This document shows, piece after piece, positions 16,249 to 25,112 of a DNA stretch of 40,762 nucleotides. Every line of letters starts with the position of its first letter. The first letter of the stretch is position 1. Below the pieces are notes generated by a model, which saw only the letters and a program-made list of their open reading frames with translations, ran no database searches and was not told the DNA's origin. The translations under genes were made by a program, and so were the position numbers. Origin of the DNA: a virus; IMG/VR virus record IMGVR_UViG_3300038312_000388; one strand, 5' to 3'.

Positions 16249-16643
16249 GTATTTCATATGTTCCAAGAGTTCCACGTTGGGGATTACATGATGGAGTGAA
16301 ATATTCACCAAAACGCAGTATTTTAAAGGTTTGCCCTATATGCCACCACCTATTTGTACAATACAATCAGGGATATCGGATTTATTGTGGGGATATTTGC
16401 AGAATAAAAGCACATAGGGCACAAAAAAAGATTATAGATGCCAAAATCAGAGCAAAAAGGGATAAATTTGAGCACGCAGAACAGGAAAGAATCGCCTATG
16501 CACAAAAGCTAAGATCTAAAAGAACCTGGGGACCTGGAACCATGAAAATACCTAAACCCAAACTTGACAGTGAAGGAAACCCAGATTATGACGATTACCA
16601 CCAAAAACTATCCAAAAAATTAGCATGGATCCATGCCAAATGA
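16245..16643 (+). CDS. Basic Zn-finger protein
   Basis: CPICHHLF...IYCGDICR; coupled to the upstream ORF. Confidence 0.7.
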   Translation: MSISYVPRVPRWGLHDGVKYSPKRSILKVCPICHHLFVQYNQGYRIYCGDICRIKAHRAQKKIIDAKIRAKRDKFEHAEQERIAYAQKLRSKRTWGPGTMKIPKPKLDSEGNPDYDDYHQKLSKKLAWIHAK

Positions 16644-16854
16644 CCACATTACTTTACGTCCAGAAGATAGGGTAAGGAAACATAGAAAAAGTTTCCCCTA
16701 AAAACCAAGATCTCTTCAAACAAATCGAAGCCAAGATGGGGTTCAAATCCCCCATTTTCCACTTTAAATTACTTTATTTTCATTCCTTTATAGCCGTGAA
16801 GGTTTGAACTCTTTTTTGGGAGCCTGCATAGAACCAGGCCCCACCTTTTTAAGA

Positions 16855-17166
16855 TTATTCATTGAATTCCTGATTGTACATGTCCTGGAGTATATGGGAT
16901 TGTTCTATAATCTCTTTTTGTCTTGTGGTTTCATCTAGTTTATACCAGTATTCTTCGGGGCAGCGGACTGTTAAGTGAAGTTCACATGAGTTTTTGAAGG
17001 TGATATGGCCTTCTATGATTTCAGATCCTAGGTTTAGGATTTTATCTAGAAAGTTTTCCAGGTCTTTCCGGTCTTTTTCATGTTTAGATGGATCTTTAAA
17101 GACCAAGTTTATGATCGTGGCATTTGGAGAGTTTTTTTGAATTGTATATTCCACGTAATTTAACAT
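16855..17166 (-). CDS. Hypothetical protein (reverse-strand cargo)
   Basis: ATG 17166 after ggaggtg; hairpin gggagcctg/caggcccc just downstream. Confidence 0.65.
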   Translation of the reverse strand: MLNYVEYTIQKNSPNATIINLVFKDPSKHEKDRKDLENFLDKILNLGSEIIEGHITFKNSCELHLTVRCPEEYWYKLDETTRQKEIIEQSHILQDMYNQEFNE

Positions 17167-17253
17167 ATACACCTCCACACATGTTTAATAAATTATGTTT
17201 CATTATTAATACACTTTTTTGTTTTAAAACTAAAAATTAGGAGGAGATAAGAT

Positions 17254-17466
17254 ATGGCAGTTGAAGCATTTAAGAATTTGACAGGAGCAGGACAGTTAGC
17301 AGCGGTAGTGCAAGTAATTATTGTTGTAGTGCCCATGCTGACTTACTTAGAATCAGTGGTTTCTGCATCGCAGGCAGCTTACATAACATTTGCAATAACA
17401 GTGTTAAACGGCCTTGTTGTTTTAATACAGGCTGTTGGTGGCAATACTGCATTTGTAAAAGAATAA
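17254..17466 (+). CDS. Holin-like 2-TM protein
   Basis: RBS aggaggag; two hydrophobic helices in 70 aa. Confidence 0.55.
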   Translation: MAVEAFKNLTGAGQLAAVVQVIIVVVPMLTYLESVVSASQAAYITFAITVLNGLVVLIQAVGGNTAFVKE

Positions 17467-17493
17467 AATTTTGATGGATGAAAGGTGATCCTC

Positions 17494-17814
17494 ATGGGTA
17501 GATTACTAGATGAACCTGGATCAAAGAGTTCTTTGAAGATGAAAGCAGAGCCACAAGGCCACGAATGTATCCATGAAGACCTATTCACATCAATCAACAG
17601 ACGACTTGATGGTGTTGAATCAGAAAAAAAGGATACTGACGACAAACTCGATGAAATCAAAACCGCTGTGAATAATGTGGACAAAAAAGTGGACATCATA
17701 AACGCAATAAACAACAATAACGATTCTATTTTTAATAAAACAACAAACGTCCTCATGGTCCTTGCAAGCATCATCGGTGTTCTCATAGGACTTGGACTTA
17801 AAATCAGGTTCTAA
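17494..17814 (+). CDS. Coiled-coil protein with a C-terminal TM anchor (lysis-accessory-like)
   Basis: RBS aggtga; heptad region, then VLMVLASIIGVLIGLGL. Confidence 0.65.
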   Translation: MGRLLDEPGSKSSLKMKAEPQGHECIHEDLFTSINRRLDGVESEKKDTDDKLDEIKTAVNNVDKKVDIINAINNNNDSIFNKTTNVLMVLASIIGVLIGLGLKIRF

Positions 17815-17827
17815 ATGGGTGTTAAAG

Positions 17828-17935
17828 ATGGATGTAACAATATTCTATTTCTACGTTCTCATAGCCACAATCGCATTCATCATTTTAATGTGCGTACAGT
17901 TGAATGAAAGCTTAAAGAAATGTTCAAGCTGGTGA
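17828..17935 (+). CDS. 35-aa single-TM peptide (not in the ORF track)
   Basis: MDVTIFYFYVLIATIAFIILMCVQLNESLKKCSSW; fills the gap before the terminase. Confidence 0.5.
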   Translation: MDVTIFYFYVLIATIAFIILMCVQLNESLKKCSSW

Positions 17936-17941
17936 TTATCC

Positions 17942-18475
17942 ATGGCATATCCGCAAGAGGTTAAGGATTATGCGAAGGATCTGTTTTTGACATTGAACAA
18001 AGATGGCCAGCATAAGTACTCTGATCCGGAAATTGTTGGAAAAATTTCCACAAAATTTCCAAAATTAAGGAAATTTCCAGACAAGCGAACCATCAAAAAC
18101 TGGGAGAATGCAAAGGACCATGAAACCAAGAAATCTTGGAAGATGCTTTGGGATAATGGTGTGAGGCATGGTATTCAGAATGCGGTTCGTGATCGTGATT
18201 TAGAGCTTGCTGGTGAGGAAGAATTTGAAATCCAGATAGATAAAATTACAAGTCTACGTGTTGGTAATGCGATTAAGATTCAGGAGAAAATTTCCCAGGA
18301 TCTGGAAAAAGGGTGGAGTCTTTCTAAGGAGGATGTGGCGGCTCTGCGTGCGAGTGAAACTATTTTTTGTAATTTGAATCTTGAGAAGCAGACTGATAGT
18401 GATGATGCTGATATTGATTATGATTACCTGGAAAAGGTGCATGATGAAGATTGTGAGGATGCTGATGATGAATGA
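17942..18475 (+). CDS. terS: Terminase small subunit
   Basis: N-terminal HTH (YPQEVK..A..L...EI....TIKNW); acidic tail; directly before terL. Confidence 0.7.
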   Translation: MAYPQEVKDYAKDLFLTLNKDGQHKYSDPEIVGKISTKFPKLRKFPDKRTIKNWENAKDHETKKSWKMLWDNGVRHGIQNAVRDRDLELAGEEEFEIQIDKITSLRVGNAIKIQEKISQDLEKGWSLSKEDVAALRASETIFCNLNLEKQTDSDDADIDYDYLEKVHDEDCEDADDE

Positions 18476-19875
18476 ACTCAACACAACGCCGAAAGCTAGA
18501 ACAGGTCTGCAGTCGCCTTTATTCGTTTACCAGGTTCACCCAGGGACCACACTTCATACCAGGCCGCCACCTGAAAAAGATGGCCTGGAAATTAGAGGAA
18601 GTTGCACTTAAGCATAAGAAGCGTTTAATCATCAACACACCTCCACGGTTCAGTAAAACTACTTTTTGCAGTGTGAGTTTCCCGGTTTGGAGGATCTTCA
18701 AAAACCCCAACCTCCAAATCCTCATCATCACATATGGTGATGACTTAAGCTCAGAAATAGGTACACAAATCCGCAGACTGATAATTGAATATGGACCACT
18801 ATTCAATGTTTACCTCTCCAAACACACAGCCTCAAAAACCAAAGTCACATTTGTAGACCGCGACGGTAAAGAATACCGTGGCAAAATTGAAGCCCTAGGA
18901 TATAAAGGAGCCATCACTGGTAAAACTGGTGACATAATTATCATTGATGACCTGATTAAAGGTCCTGAAGATGCTTTAAGTCCAGCTTATACTCGGAAGA
19001 TTATTGATTTTTATAAATCCGCAATTTACACTCGTTTATTTGAAGATTCTGTTATCATTGTTGTATCAACAAGGTGGAGTAAGAATGACCTTGCGGGATA
19101 TCTTTTAGAGAACAGTTCAGAGGATTGGGATACTTATATTCTACCTGCGGTGGATGATGAAGGTAATTCAGCATGGCCTGAACGCTTTAGCAGCACGAGG
19201 ATGGCTACAATACAGAAAGAAGAGGGAGCCTTTTGGTGGAGTGCATTATATTTGCAGGAGCCGGAGGAGCTTGAAGGAGATGTCTTTGAAGGCGAATTCC
19301 TAACTATTCCTAGAAGTGAAGTGGATCCTGAAAGGAACTTTGAACGTGTTGTCAGATTCTGGGACCGTGCAGCCACCACCACTAAAGAGAATAGTGATGA
19401 TCCAGATTGGACTGTAGGCTTAAAAATGGCCCGTATAAACCCTAGATCCGCCCTGGCAAAGAAGTACAAAATTAAATATCTTGTTTTAAATGTTGTAAGA
19501 TTCCGTGACACACCGCTCAAGAACCGTCAAAAAATACAGAGAACAGCCCTACGTGATGGTAAGAGTGTTGAAATCTTCATGGAAGAGGAAGGTGGAAGCA
19601 GTGGAAAAGACACGATAGACACGTACCGCCGAGAAGTTCTGCACGGCTTCAGATTCCAGGGAATAAGATCCACGGGTAGTAAAGAATTAAGAGCTATGGG
19701 TGTGGCTGCATCTGTAGAGGCCCAGGAAACAGCATTCATTGAAGATTCAACTTGGAATGGAAATTTATTCCTAGAGATGAGAGCCTTCCCATATGGAAGT
19801 CATGATGACCAGGTGGATACTTTAAGCGGAGCTCATACCAGACTACGTAGAAAACCAGCTAAAGTATACATTTAA
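18472..19875 (+). CDS. terL: Terminase large subunit
   Basis: INTPPRFSKT (Walker A-like), GAITGKTGDIIIIDD (Walker B), nuclease FWDRA...D and HDDQVD. Confidence 0.96.
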   Translation: MNSTQRRKLEQVCSRLYSFTRFTQGPHFIPGRHLKKMAWKLEEVALKHKKRLIINTPPRFSKTTFCSVSFPVWRIFKNPNLQILIITYGDDLSSEIGTQIRRLIIEYGPLFNVYLSKHTASKTKVTFVDRDGKEYRGKIEALGYKGAITGKTGDIIIIDDLIKGPEDALSPAYTRKIIDFYKSAIYTRLFEDSVIIVVSTRWSKNDLAGYLLENSSEDWDTYILPAVDDEGNSAWPERFSSTRMATIQKEEGAFWWSALYLQEPEELEGDVFEGEFLTIPRSEVDPERNFERVVRFWDRAATTTKENSDDPDWTVGLKMARINPRSALAKKYKIKYLVLNVVRFRDTPLKNRQKIQRTALRDGKSVEIFMEEEGGSSGKDTIDTYRREVLHGFRFQGIRSTGSKELRAMGVAASVEAQETAFIEDSTWNGNLFLEMRAFPYGSHDDQVDTLSGAHTRLRRKPAKVYI

Positions 19876-19888
19876 AAGGAGGATAAAG

Positions 19889-21481
19889 ATGACAGCGACA
19901 AAAGCAACCCGAACACCATTCATGTATGCAATGAAGGATGGAAGCCTTGTAGATGCAGATGTACTTGAACAATACGCAATAAAGTCAGATGACAGTAAGC
20001 AACTTCCAGAGGATCCATGGATTGGAGAAAACCAGAAATACCCATCCTACATCAAAGCCCCACTCTACAACCCCTACGCCCTGGCACAGCTTCCAGAACT
20101 AAACGTGTACCACAACCGCTGCGTGAAAACCAAGGCAAATGACACAGTTGGGAAAGGTTACACATTAAATCCAGTTGGCGAGGATCCCTCTGATATGAAT
20201 AAGAAGATAATTCAGGAGTTTTTGGATAAGATTGTTACGGACAAGTTTTCAGGTACACGAACCGTGATGGGAGAACTCCTAAAATGCCAGATTAACTATG
20301 AGGGCCTTGGATACACAGCCTATGAAATTATCCGAATCGGAAATACCACCCAGGGCCAACCAGAATCTATTAAAAACATCCCAGCCCAAACCCTCCGAAG
20401 ATGCAATGATGGTGTGAGATTCGTCCAAAAACGAGGCGGTGAAACAAGATACTTCAAAGCCTTCGGCTACGACCAAGACGTTAACATGACCACAGGCGAA
20501 CTCGCACCACTAAACAGTCTACCTGCAGAACAACAGGCAAATGAGATCATATATTGGATGGATTACACACCACGAAGTGACTACTACGGCCTTCCAGACA
20601 TAATACCCAGTATACCAACAATCTATGGGGATTTAAGCCGTCAGAAATATAATATTGCTTTTTTCAGGAATTATGGTGTACCAGCTTATGCTATTTTTAT
20701 CACTGGTGACTTTGAGGACCAGGAGATCCTGGATGACAATGGTAAACCTACAGGTCAAACCGTGATGAAGAAAGCTATCCAGGACCATTTCAACACAATC
20801 GCCAAAAACCCACACGCACCAATGGCCATTGTAGTGCCAACAGGCGACAACCCCGACGCAAAAGTAGAAGTAAAATTCCAGGCCCTAAGCGTGGAAACCA
20901 AAGAAGCAAGCTTCAGACTCTACAGAACCGACAACCGAGATGAGGTAATAGCAGCACATGCCGTACCACCATACCGGATTGGAATCGCAGAAACAGGCAG
21001 CCTCGGAGGATCTACCGCGGAAGAGTCAACAGAGATCTATAAAGCCAGCGTGATAAAACCGCGACAAACTACGATTGAGGAGCTTTTTAATTATGCAATT
21101 ATTCAGAAAGGCTTTGAGGTAGAGGATTGGAAGCTTAAACTTGTTGAGATTGACACAAAAGACGAAGAAGCAGAACTCAACAAAGCCAAGGCAATGTTCC
21201 TGATGGGTGCAATAACCCCAAATCAGCTTATAAACGTGTTTGGTGATGGTTGGGGTTTGGAGACTGTGGATCATCCCGCTATGAATGCTCATTATGTTAA
21301 CAATATGGCAATAGATCTTCAAGTTCAACAGGATCAGGTGCCAGAAGATGTTATGAAGGCCCTTAAAACGCTTAAATCAAATCTTTTAGAGGTGGCTGAT
21401 AAATATGAAGGTAAATCCGTTCCGGGAGATGGCCATGAAGGTGGACGACTCCATCGAGCAGTTAAACAATTTACAATCTAA
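19889..21481 (+). CDS. Portal protein
   Basis: Follows terL; YYGLPDII, FFRNYGVP, VPPYRIG motifs of PBSX-like portals; 530 aa. Confidence 0.92.
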   Translation: MTATKATRTPFMYAMKDGSLVDADVLEQYAIKSDDSKQLPEDPWIGENQKYPSYIKAPLYNPYALAQLPELNVYHNRCVKTKANDTVGKGYTLNPVGEDPSDMNKKIIQEFLDKIVTDKFSGTRTVMGELLKCQINYEGLGYTAYEIIRIGNTTQGQPESIKNIPAQTLRRCNDGVRFVQKRGGETRYFKAFGYDQDVNMTTGELAPLNSLPAEQQANEIIYWMDYTPRSDYYGLPDIIPSIPTIYGDLSRQKYNIAFFRNYGVPAYAIFITGDFEDQEILDDNGKPTGQTVMKKAIQDHFNTIAKNPHAPMAIVVPTGDNPDAKVEVKFQALSVETKEASFRLYRTDNRDEVIAAHAVPPYRIGIAETGSLGGSTAEESTEIYKASVIKPRQTTIEELFNYAIIQKGFEVEDWKLKLVEIDTKDEEAELNKAKAMFLMGAITPNQLINVFGDGWGLETVDHPAMNAHYVNNMAIDLQVQQDQVPEDVMKALKTLKSNLLEVADKYEGKSVPGDGHEGGRLHRAVKQFTI

Positions 21482-21956
21482 AGTTTCAGTTAAAACTGAT
21501 GCAGATCTAACTTTTAAGCCAAACAAAGACCTTGGCGAAGGCAACGCATCGGATAGAAACCTTGAATATCGTCAAGCCCTTTTAACCTGCCTCAAAGAAA
21601 CCGTCTACAACCCCATGACTAAGATTCTCGATTCTGGGAAGAGTGTGGATGATGAGATACAGGCCCTGGATGGTTACATTGATGATTACATCAAAAAAGG
21701 CCAGGAAATTGTTGAAGAATATTTGACTGATGCATACCAAACTGGTGCAAAACAGGCAGTTTCACAGTTAAAGAAGGCAGCCAACAAACAAGGTGTGAAT
21801 ATTAAGCCGAAAATCCCGGATAAACCTGAACGCTTACAGCAAATCATACAGATGCAGCAGATGAATGTTGAAGATTATGGTTTAACCCTGCGTGGCCGCA
21901 TACGATCCGCGATAATGTCCAAACAATGGCTTGATAATTATGACAACAAAAAATAA
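21405..21956 (+). CDS. Head-module hypothetical protein (possibly the N-terminal part of a minor head protein)
   Basis: Between the portal and the gp7-like ORF; RBS gaggtg. Confidence 0.65.
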   Translation: MKVNPFREMAMKVDDSIEQLNNLQSKVSVKTDADLTFKPNKDLGEGNASDRNLEYRQALLTCLKETVYNPMTKILDSGKSVDDEIQALDGYIDDYIKKGQEIVEEYLTDAYQTGAKQAVSQLKKAANKQGVNIKPKIPDKPERLQQIIQMQQMNVEDYGLTLRGRIRSAIMSKQWLDNYDNKK

Positions 21957-22632
21957 AGGCCAACTCATAGACGACAATGAAGACTACGATCTTGACGATT
22001 ACTATGGGAACACCAATCAGGACAGTGAGAAGGATGGTAATTGGCTTTTTATGGTGGCAACTCTTCTTGGCGGAGCCTTTGCCGTTACAAGCCTCAACCC
22101 AACAGGAGACCGAGATAGTCCAAATTTAGCAAGCACACCTACATCTGTCAATGATATTTCAGATGAAACATTCAATACCATCATGAAATCCGAGATAGAC
22201 CCTGCTAAACTTGATAGTTCCGTTGAAAACCTACAATATGCTTACACTGATACAGAACTTGAGCAATACAAACAACTCGGTGAAGAACTCAAACAACACG
22301 GCCGCATAGAAGATCCCCGGACAATTGAAAACACAGCCATGACCTGGGCTGAAAACCGTAACGATGCAATGGGGATGTTTGGTGACCTTGAAGCCTACAA
22401 ATCTGGGGTATTGGATGATTATATTACGGCTGTTACAGAGTATGGTGCCACTATTGAAATTCCATGGACCTGTACCGGGGATAATCCCTGCAGGAACTGC
22501 TTAGACTTAGAGGCATATGGTCCTTATGACCCAGAAAACTATCCAGAACCCCCACACTTCGGCTGCCAATGCAATGATCCAATGGCAGATCCTGTGATAA
22601 CATTCCCTGAAGAGAAAGTTTTCGCAAGTTAA
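21931..22632 (+). CDS. Head morphogenesis protein (SPP1 gp7/Mu F-like C-terminal domain)
   Basis: W.C.GD..C..C..L...GPY......PPHFGCQC. Confidence 0.75.
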   Translation: MIIMTTKNKGQLIDDNEDYDLDDYYGNTNQDSEKDGNWLFMVATLLGGAFAVTSLNPTGDRDSPNLASTPTSVNDISDETFNTIMKSEIDPAKLDSSVENLQYAYTDTELEQYKQLGEELKQHGRIEDPRTIENTAMTWAENRNDAMGMFGDLEAYKSGVLDDYITAVTEYGATIEIPWTCTGDNPCRNCLDLEAYGPYDPENYPEPPHFGCQCNDPMADPVITFPEEKVFAS

Positions 22633-22721
22633 TCACCTGAAAATATAATCCTTAAAAACCCTTTTTTAAAGGTGAAAAACATGGTAGAAAAAGAAGTAAA
22701 TTCAATTTTTTTAGGTTACCA

Positions 22722-23126
22722 TTAATTTTTAACAGCTAAACTGGTGAGTTTAACGTGTTCTACTCCTTTAATGCGCATGATCTTCTCGGTTAAGTTGCGG
22801 ATGAATTTCACATCTCCTTTGAGTATTAACACATCCATAAAGTACTCTTCAGTCATGGGAATACGCATACTGGAATTGATGTAATCTGTGTATTCATGTT
22901 GAACATCCATTAAATTTTCCAGGACTCCACTGTGATTGTGATCATAGATCACATTTATCAATCCAATCCTTTCTCCTTCCATTTCATTCATCCATTGGTA
23001 ACGGACAATATAATCTTTAAGTGCATCTCGTATACCTTTTGATCGTGCTTGATATCCTCGGTCATTTAAAACCTCATCAAACTCATCTAAAAGCTTTTTT
23101 GGCAGTGACATACTAATTCTCATCAT
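22722..23126 (-). CDS. nikR: NikR-family regulator, copy 2, lacking three canonical Ni ligands
   Basis: ATG 23126 after gaggag; about 77% identical to copy 1 by manual alignment; the HxH...C site reads RIP...F. Confidence 0.92.
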   Translation of the reverse strand: MMRISMSLPKKLLDEFDEVLNDRGYQARSKGIRDALKDYIVRYQWMNEMEGERIGLINVIYDHNHSGVLENLMDVQHEYTDYINSSMRIPMTEEYFMDVLILKGDVKFIRNLTEKIMRIKGVEHVKLTSLAVKN

Positions 23127-23316
23127 AAACCAGGTCTCCTCTTCTAATTTTTTATTAAACAAAATATCTGTTGAATCAACCTATAAATCTTTCACGTTCA
23201 TCTATTTCAAATCAACCATTCAGGGAGTGATAAAATCATATCAGCGGACAATGGTTATGTTACAATTCTGTTTACAACTTATTAAAACAATTAAAAAGTG
23301 TAAAAGGAGGGATAAT

Positions 23317-25107
23317 TTGATAAAAATAAACAAAACAGCAGAGGATAATGCTAAAAATGCAATTGACAAGGGAAACATTGACACAGGCCCATGGGATGGG
23401 AGCAACTTTTCCATTGATGATTTAAAGAAATGGGCCCTTCTCATAGATGACTCACAAGACCCCGAAACCAAACAAGCCTACAGCTACCCCATAGGCTCCG
23501 GTGATCAACTCAACTCAAAAGCATTATCAAGTGCATTAGGATACAGTAAACACCCTAAAACTGGTAATGAAACTGCTGCATCAGCATTACAGGAGCTTGA
23601 TGATTTGCTTAAAGAAAAAGAAGATACAAGTTCACAGAAAGCAGCAGGAGATCCAACCACTGGTAGAACAGAAGCAGATTCTTACGAGGCAATAACTAAC
23701 ACGGTAAGATCAGCCATAAACCAACAGTTCTCAACTCCATTTTCACCATACGGGCCGGATTTGTGGGTTAAACTCACATTCCCTGACGCTGTGATTGTTG
23801 AACTCTTTGATGACGACAGCCTCTGGGAGATCCCTTATGAGATCAATGATGATGGATCCGTAAACCTGGACGATGCTACACAGGTCACAGAACAATACGT
23901 AACTCAAAAGGCCGCAAACCTCGGTTTGGACACGCGTCCTACAGTTGGTTTGATTGTGAATAAGAGTGAACCCGAACAGGTGGCTTATGCAGCTGTGGCC
24001 GTGCCTGGAGAACCTGACAGTGATGGTGAAATTCTTTCAGAAGAGGAGATTGAGTATGCTGCTCATAAGTGGATGGAAAACTACCGCAACATGGACATCA
24101 TGCACACCTTCAAAAACGTTGCCAATCCAGTAGAAAGTTACATCCTACCACAGGAGATGACTGTTAAAGCCTACGACCAGGAAATGACACTCCCAAAGGG
24201 TACCTGGGTTGTAGGGTCACACATTACAGACACGGATACCTGGGATAAAGTTGAGAAAGGAGAACTACGAGGGCATAGTTTAACTGGTGTGCGTGGCCAG
24301 TTAGCCGCAGCCAAATCTGCAATGCCTGGCGTGGCAGGTAAACGTACCTTAATAAAAGACCTTGGTGATTACTGGGAAGCTGCAACTGTTTCCATTGTGG
24401 ACACACCAGCCGTGCCAAAAGCCCTATTTTTTGCATTGAAGTCAAAGCCGCCAAAACAGAAGAAACCGAGCTTTGTACGCAAGGCTGGCCGTGCCATCAG
24501 TGACGCAACCTTAGGATCATTAAAGGAGGCAATGCAGAATATTCAGAATTTAATCAAGACTGCAGAAGATGAAAGAGCGACAGACCCACTTGAAGGTCTT
24601 TCACTGAATAGAAAACAAGCATGTAAGGATGTATCGGAGGTATTAGATATGGATGAGAAAGAATTAAAAGAATTAATAGAAACTGGAACCAAATCGGCGA
24701 TAAAATCTGAACTAGAACCAATTAAAACAGATATTGAAGCGTTGAAAACAGCACAGAAAGCAAACACTACTACACTGGTCTGCCCTGAATGTGGAGCAGA
24801 ATATACAGATCCAGACATTAAATTCTGCTCTGCTGATGGAACAGAATTAGAACCAAAAGACGATGGATCTGCAGGTAAATCAAAAGAAAACCTTAAAGGT
24901 GAACCATCACCTGTTGAAAAAAGACTTGATACTTTAGAGGAGGAAAACAAAACCCTCAAGAAAAAGCTTGGAATTCCAACAGAACCTTCCGGTTTGGGTG
25001 GCCAGGATGGGGATCCAGGAAAACCCACCCCTGCTGGTAAATCGTTCTATGAACGTATAGGTTGTGATCCACTGGGTAGACCAGCTAAGAAAGTTAAAGG
25101 AGAGTGA
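23317..25107 (+). CDS. Multidomain capsid maturation protease/scaffold (XkdF-like serine protease domain)
   Basis: TTG 23317 after aaggagg; VAVPGEPDSDGEILSEEEIEYAAH...MH, VESYI, GHSLTG; C-terminal coiled coil with a Zn ribbon. Confidence 0.85.
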   Translation: MIKINKTAEDNAKNAIDKGNIDTGPWDGSNFSIDDLKKWALLIDDSQDPETKQAYSYPIGSGDQLNSKALSSALGYSKHPKTGNETAASALQELDDLLKEKEDTSSQKAAGDPTTGRTEADSYEAITNTVRSAINQQFSTPFSPYGPDLWVKLTFPDAVIVELFDDDSLWEIPYEINDDGSVNLDDATQVTEQYVTQKAANLGLDTRPTVGLIVNKSEPEQVAYAAVAVPGEPDSDGEILSEEEIEYAAHKWMENYRNMDIMHTFKNVANPVESYILPQEMTVKAYDQEMTLPKGTWVVGSHITDTDTWDKVEKGELRGHSLTGVRGQLAAAKSAMPGVAGKRTLIKDLGDYWEAATVSIVDTPAVPKALFFALKSKPPKQKKPSFVRKAGRAISDATLGSLKEAMQNIQNLIKTAEDERATDPLEGLSLNRKQACKDVSEVLDMDEKELKELIETGTKSAIKSELEPIKTDIEALKTAQKANTTTLVCPECGAEYTDPDIKFCSADGTELEPKDDGSAGKSKENLKGEPSPVEKRLDTLEEENKTLKKKLGIPTEPSGLGGQDGDPGKPTPAGKSFYERIGCDPLGRPAKKVKGE

Positions 25108-25112
25108 TATTC

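Noticed and set aside
6771-16643. High density of small CxxC Zn-ribbon proteins as a special system
   Set aside because: Common in archaeal viruses and genomes; no shared motif or arrangement beyond the Cys pairs.
16736-16761. tRNA T-arm-like GGGGTTCAAATCCCC followed by ...CCA
   Set aside because: No matching acceptor 5' strand, D-arm or anticodon arm at the expected distances; probably just a hairpin. tRNAscan-SE/ARAGORN would settle it.
23227-23316. N-terminal extension of the protease ORF in the track
   Set aside because: A strong RBS precedes TTG 23317; the upstream part is intergenic-like.
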